This document shows, piece after piece, positions 59,578-64,000 of a DNA stretch of 64,000 nt. The stretch comes from an uncultured archaeon (lineage in GTDB: Archaea > Thermoproteota > Nitrososphaeria_A > Caldarchaeales > Wolframiiraptoraceae), in assembly GCA_938083505.1 (NCBI GenBank), contig CALKCF010000006.1:1-64000 (forward strand), written 5' to 3'. The stretch's first letter is position 1. The number at the start of each line of letters is the position of its first letter. Below the pieces are notes generated by a model. That model had not been told where the DNA came from. It ran no database searches and was given only the letters and a program-made list of their open reading frames with translations. Position numbers and translations under genes: made by a program.

Positions 59578-60916
59578 ACAACCTTCTTTTCACTTCTTCG
59601 ACTATCTGATTTATTATCAGCTTTGATGCACCCAAGCATGCATCTGGCCTCATAACACTCTCTACCTCCTCCCTCGATATCTTATGTGTGACTTCTGGCA
59701 CTTCTAGTAGGGCACTAACGAAGGGCACATCTGTCCTTTCCGATGCTTTCTGAATTATTCTATAAGCGCTAACCCTACAAAAGCCCTTCTTTAACATCAG
59801 GTCTAGTATAAACTCGGAAAATATCCTCCCGTCGGTCTTTTGGATGTTAGCCTTTATGGCTTCCTCATTAACTTTAAGCCCCCTTAACACCTCTATCATG
59901 GTTTTAAGCGCTTCTTCAAGTAAGATGATGCTCATAGGGATTATGAAACGCTCATTCGCTGAGTTCGTTAAATCTCTCTCATGCCACAGTGGTATGTTAT
60001 CGAGGGCAACTTGAACTAGGGGTCTTAATAAGCGTGCTATCGAAGAGACCTTTTCGGATTTTATGGGGTTCCTTTTCACAGGAACTGCTGAACTTCCAAC
60101 CTGTCCCGGCTTGAACGGTTCCTCAACCTCGCCTATTTCTGTCCTTTGAAGGTTCCTTATCTCCGTAGCAATCTTATCTAAAGTGGATGCAAGTATTGCG
60201 GCGAAGAAGACGACCTCTGCATAGAGCTCTCTGGGAACGATTTGTGTTGCAGCATCAACGGGCTTCAGGGCAAGCTTTTCTGCAACACGTCTTTGGACCT
60301 CGAGCGCCTTCTCACCCATGAGCGAGCCCGTACCAACTACACCCAGCGTTTTACATACTAATACCCTTTTAAGCAGTTGGTCGAGCCTGTCAAAATGTCT
60401 CAGCATCTCAGAGGCCCAGACAGCGAATTTCAAACCAAACGACATTATGCTCGCGTGCTGTCCATGTGTTCTTCCAACTGCGTGCAGGTCAGCATACCGC
60501 TGTGCCATCTCAGATAAAAGAATCGTAAGCTCGCGCATCCTGTTCTCGATTATTCTCATGGCATCCCTTATCTGTAAGGACATAGCAGTATCCAAGAGGT
60601 CATTGCTCGTCAACCCATAATGGACCCATGGCTTCGCGTGTTCTTCGCATACCTCAACCAAAACTTCCACGATGTTTGCGGGCTCGTGACCTATTCTCTT
60701 CTCAACTTCTTTGCACTTATCTAGCGTTACATAGTTAAGATTGGCCTTTGAGGTTATCTCTTTACCTGCGTCCAAAGGTATGATTCCTAGCTCTGCTTGG
60801 GCCTCTGCGACCGCTGCCTCGACCGCTAGCATATACTTAAGCCTGCTAACCTCCTCGAATATCTCTCTTATCTCCTTGCTGCCATACCTCTCAGAATCTA
60901 TAGGAAGCACGGGCAT
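59543..60916 (-). CDS. purB: Adenylosuccinate lyase
   Basis: HYGLTSND, GRTHGQHA, GSSAVPVKRNP, HERDLTNS. Confidence 0.93.
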   Translation of the reverse strand: MPVLPIDSERYGSKEIREIFEEVSRLKYMLAVEAAVAEAQAELGIIPLDAGKEITSKANLNYVTLDKCKEVEKRIGHEPANIVEVLVEVCEEHAKPWVHYGLTSNDLLDTAMSLQIRDAMRIIENRMRELTILLSEMAQRYADLHAVGRTHGQHASIMSFGLKFAVWASEMLRHFDRLDQLLKRVLVCKTLGVVGTGSLMGEKALEVQRRVAEKLALKPVDAATQIVPRELYAEVVFFAAILASTLDKIATEIRNLQRTEIGEVEEPFKPGQVGSSAVPVKRNPIKSEKVSSIARLLRPLVQVALDNIPLWHERDLTNSANERFIIPMSIILLEEALKTMIEVLRGLKVNEEAIKANIQKTDGRIFSEFILDLMLKKGFCRVSAYRIIQKASERTDVPFVSALLEVPEVTHKISREEVESVMRPDACLGASKLIINQIVEEVKRRLSTPGCSFPPTV

Positions 60917-60975
60917 ACCTATCTCAAACCAATACTACGAAGGTTTTGATGTTTTTATCTTTAAACCCAAGCTCG

Positions 60976-61905
60976 TCAGCTTACAGATTTTTCGAGAAGT
61001 TTAAGCTCCCTATGGACTTTTATAAGCCTCTTCAATATCTCGGACTTTATTTCCCTCCAATCCCTGTCTGCAGGTGCAGAGAACCGTATCTGAACGATAT
61101 AATGCTCCTTATCGCTTTGCTCGTTAATTATTATCTCCTCTATTATCCCTTTCATATCGTCCAATAATGCGTCCCTAATCCGCCCCAAGACCAAATCTGG
61201 GTCGTAATCTACCTTGAATTCGTAACGGACTTGCGATATCCTTTCTAGCTGACGCTCGGGCGTATAATTAACAAGTGCTGCGTTGAATAGTATCCTGTTC
61301 GGTATTTTTAACTCTAAACCGCTCTCTGATATCATCAATGAGTAAAGCAGACCAACCTCGATGATTCTACCCCTATAACCTACGAATATATAGTCAGGCG
61401 AAAAGTACTTGTAACCAGGCAGGAATGCCCACTGGTACGGCATCTCAGGGGTCACAAGCCTAATCTCGTCTCCGGGCTTCACGTAACCTGTAAGCAACAC
61501 TATAAGACCAGCGAAGACGTTGCTAAGCACAGGCTGTATTGCCAGACCGACTATAAGTCCAGAAAAGGTCCCTCCTAAGAGAGCTGCCTCAGGGCTTATT
61601 CCTAAAGATGCGAGAATTATGATGAGAAGTATGATGCCAGCTATTATATAAGTAAATATCTTCAGCGCGTTCGTGACAGCATAAACCTTACGCCCGTACT
61701 TGGGTATAAAAATTTTGAGGGCAAGGCCACTTATGCTGTAAACTATTAACACGACGCCTATGACCGTTAAGGTTGTATAAATGGTGTTGAGGGGAATGCT
61801 AGGCGGAATTACCTGCATACCCCATAAGAACCACATGAGTACGGCTAAGAGGCCCAAAGCTAAGATACTCATTATTATTCTCGTAGCTATTTTTCTCGCA
61901 CTCAT
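60976..61905 (-). CDS. mscS: Small-conductance mechanosensitive channel family protein
   Basis: TM helices, GLAIQPVLSNVFAG, KPGD.I, IPN motif. Confidence 0.85.
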   Translation of the reverse strand: MSARKIATRIIMSILALGLLAVLMWFLWGMQVIPPSIPLNTIYTTLTVIGVVLIVYSISGLALKIFIPKYGRKVYAVTNALKIFTYIIAGIILLIIILASLGISPEAALLGGTFSGLIVGLAIQPVLSNVFAGLIVLLTGYVKPGDEIRLVTPEMPYQWAFLPGYKYFSPDYIFVGYRGRIIEVGLLYSLMISESGLELKIPNRILFNAALVNYTPERQLERISQVRYEFKVDYDPDLVLGRIRDALLDDMKGIIEEIIINEQSDKEHYIVQIRFSAPADRDWREIKSEILKRLIKVHRELKLLEKSVS

Positions 61906-62137
61906 CTCACATCAACTCGTCTATTAAGAGCAGGCTCGCTAAGACGGTGCTGGCGCGCTTTTAAACCTTGTGTTCGCATTCCGGGAATTAGTTTGGCATC
62001 TTTGAGAAAAATTTCCGATAAAATGAACTAATTACAGTAGCATACTACACTTTAGTAATACAATAAAATATAGAGATATAAAATTATTAAAAAATTAAAT
62101 ATTATTAAATTCAAGAAATTATGTGGGGTCAATCTGT

Positions 62138-64000
62138 ATGGGCCTAACGATGGCCCAGAAGATAATAAAAGAGCACCTTGTTAGTGGAAAACCTGAGCCT
62201 GGCGAGGTTGTTTCTATAAAAGTTGACCAAGTCCTGATGCAGGACGCGACGGGTACAATGGTTATGCTAGAATTTGAAGCAATGGGCATCCCACGTGTAA
62301 AGGTTCCGCTGGCTGTAGTTTATGTCGACCACAACACACTCCAGATCGACAACCTAAACGCTGACGACCACGTATTCTTAAGGACCGTGGCGGCGAAGTA
62401 CGGCGCATATTACTCTAGACCTGGGAACGGTATCTGCCATCAAGTACACTTAGAGAGGTTCGCAGTTCCTGGGCAAGTACTACTCGGTTCTGATAGCCAT
62501 ACACCAACAGCTGGTGGTATGGGCATGCTGGCCATAGGTGTCGGCGGTCTGGAAGTTGCGGCCGCGATGGCGGGAGAGCCCTATGAGTTCAAAGTGCCCG
62601 AAATCGTCAAAGTTATCCTTGAAGGCGAGTTGAAAAGACCCTGGGTTACAGCCATGGACATCGTGTTCGAGTTGTTGAGAAGGTTTACGGTTAAGGGTGG
62701 TGTCGGAAAGATATTTGAGTACGTCGGTCCCGGTGTTAAGACGCTCACGGTAACCGAGAGAGCGACTGTAGCTAACTTTGGAGCGGAACTAGGTTTAACA
62801 ACGTCAATATTTCCATCAGACGAAAGGACGAGGCACTACCTTGAAGCCCAAGGTAGAGGAAGTGTGTGGAGGGAAATAAGCCCTGACCCTGACGCAGAAT
62901 ATGTGGATACTATCGCTTTGAACCTGAGCGAGTTAGAACCTTACGTCGCCAAGCCGCACCAACCCGATAACGTCGTGAAAATAAGCGAGCTCAAGGGCAT
63001 AAAAGTAGATCAGGTATGTATCGGAAGTTGCACAAACTCATCATATCAAATAATGAAGGCTGTAGCCCAGATACTTAAGGGGAGGGGTGTTGCGCCGCAC
63101 GTTAGCATGACGATCTCACCGGGATCCAGGCAAGTTTACGAGATGTTAGCCAGGGAAGGTGCATTGGCTGACATGATAGCAGCTGGTGCAAGGATTCTCG
63201 AAGCGGCATGCGGTCCTTGTATAGGCATGGGTCAAGCACCACCCTACAACGGCGTTTCTGTTAGGTCCTTTAATAGGAACTTTAAGGGTAGGTCGGGAAC
63301 GTCCGAAGCAAGTGTCTACTTGGTCAACCCGCTTGTAGCAACGTATATAGCTTTAAAGGGAGAATTCGCAGACCCAAGAGAGTCCGATATCAACGTCACA
63401 TACGTCGAAGAACCTGAGCGCTTTTTGATAAACGATAACATGATAATCCCCCCATCACAAACGCCCGAGGCTGTTGAGGTGATAAAAGGACCAAACATAA
63501 AGGAGGTGCCTATAAAGGAACCTTTAGCAGAATCTTTAACCGCTAAGGTTTTGATAAAGGTTGGCGACAATATAAGCACAGACGACATACTTCCGGCAGG
63601 TGCGAAGATTTTACCACTAAGGTCAAACATACCTGAAATATCGAAGTACACCTTCAGCAGGATAGACCCTAATTTCTACGAAAGGGCACGGGCCGCAAAG
63701 GCTGGGATAATAGTAGCTGGCGAGAACTACGGCCAGGGCTCTTCAAGGGAGCATGCAGCAATCGCGCCCATGTACCTAGGCGTGAAGGCCGTAATAGCTA
63801 AGTCTCTAGCCAGAATACATAAAGAGAATTTAATCAACTTTGGAATAATCCCGTTGACGTTCAAAGAACCATCGGACTACGATAGGATAGATGTTGATGA
63901 TGAGTTAGAAATTCCAAAACTGGCAGAAGCTGTAAGAAAAGGTGAGCCGATAAGAATCATAAACAAGACAAAAGTTATAGAATTCGTTGCAACGTATAGC
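62138..64000 (+). CDS. acn: Aconitate hydratase (single-chain), truncated at the window end
   Basis: Manual translation MGLTMAQKII..., QDATG, GNGICHQ, GSDSHT, IGSCTN, ACGPCIG, FNRNF, DNISTD, GENYGQGSSREHA. Confidence 0.9.
   Translation, partial: MGLTMAQKIIKEHLVSGKPEPGEVVSIKVDQVLMQDATGTMVMLEFEAMGIPRVKVPLAVVYVDHNTLQIDNLNADDHVFLRTVAAKYGAYYSRPGNGICHQVHLERFAVPGQVLLGSDSHTPTAGGMGMLAIGVGGLEVAAAMAGEPYEFKVPEIVKVILEGELKRPWVTAMDIVFELLRRFTVKGGVGKIFEYVGPGVKTLTVTERATVANFGAELGLTTSIFPSDERTRHYLEAQGRGSVWREISPDPDAEYVDTIALNLSELEPYVAKPHQPDNVVKISELKGIKVDQVCIGSCTNSSYQIMKAVAQILKGRGVAPHVSMTISPGSRQVYEMLAREGALADMIAAGARILEAACGPCIGMGQAPPYNGVSVRSFNRNFKGRSGTSEASVYLVNPLVATYIALKGEFADPRESDINVTYVEEPERFLINDNMIIPPSQTPEAVEVIKGPNIKEVPIKEPLAESLTAKVLIKVGDNISTDDILPAGAKILPLRSNIPEISKYTFSRIDPNFYERARAAKAGIIVAGENYGQGSSREHAAIAPMYLGVKAVIAKSLARIHKENLINFGIIPLTFKEPSDYDRIDVDDELEIPKLAEAVRKGEPIRIINKTKVIEFVATYS

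Noticed and set aside
1-64000. CRISPR arrays, rRNA genes, IS elements, proviral genes
   Set aside because: No regularly spaced repeats, rRNA-like tracts or transposase/integrase/capsid motifs were seen by eye, and intergenic gaps are too short to hold them.

Overview
A gene-dense core-chromosome segment of an archaeon, most likely TACK lineage (Nitrososphaeria/Caldarchaeales/Bathyarchaeia-like). That placement is inferred from S30e, an Fe-S-type TFE-beta, a thaumarchaeal-style his operon, a tRNA intron at a non-canonical position, and SMC-ScpAB plus FtsZ. The window is mostly housekeeping: LeuRS, ThrRS and MetRS; tRNA-Arg(GCG); SufS/SufU; aIF2-beta; AhcY; beta-oxidation enzymes; citrate synthase and aconitase; Moco/Wco genes; a his operon; cdrS-ftsZ; an ABC exporter; smc-scpAB followed by information-processing genes; and nop5-fibrillarin-rnhB-trm1. 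I saw no CRISPR array, rRNA, integrase or transposase. The best candidate for an undescribed system is a herA-nurA-HhH/Fe-S operon with no adjacent mre11/rad50, whose glycosylase appears to lack both catalytic residues. Other notable items: an ACGA junction where one base change would restore both a stop and a start codon; a metG whose HIGH motif lies upstream of any canonical start; a structured ~125-nt his leader in an operon lacking hisD/hisE; a decayed AOR gene; and two small genes missing from the ORF track (cdrS, rps30e). All protein calls come from motif recognition only; no searches were run.
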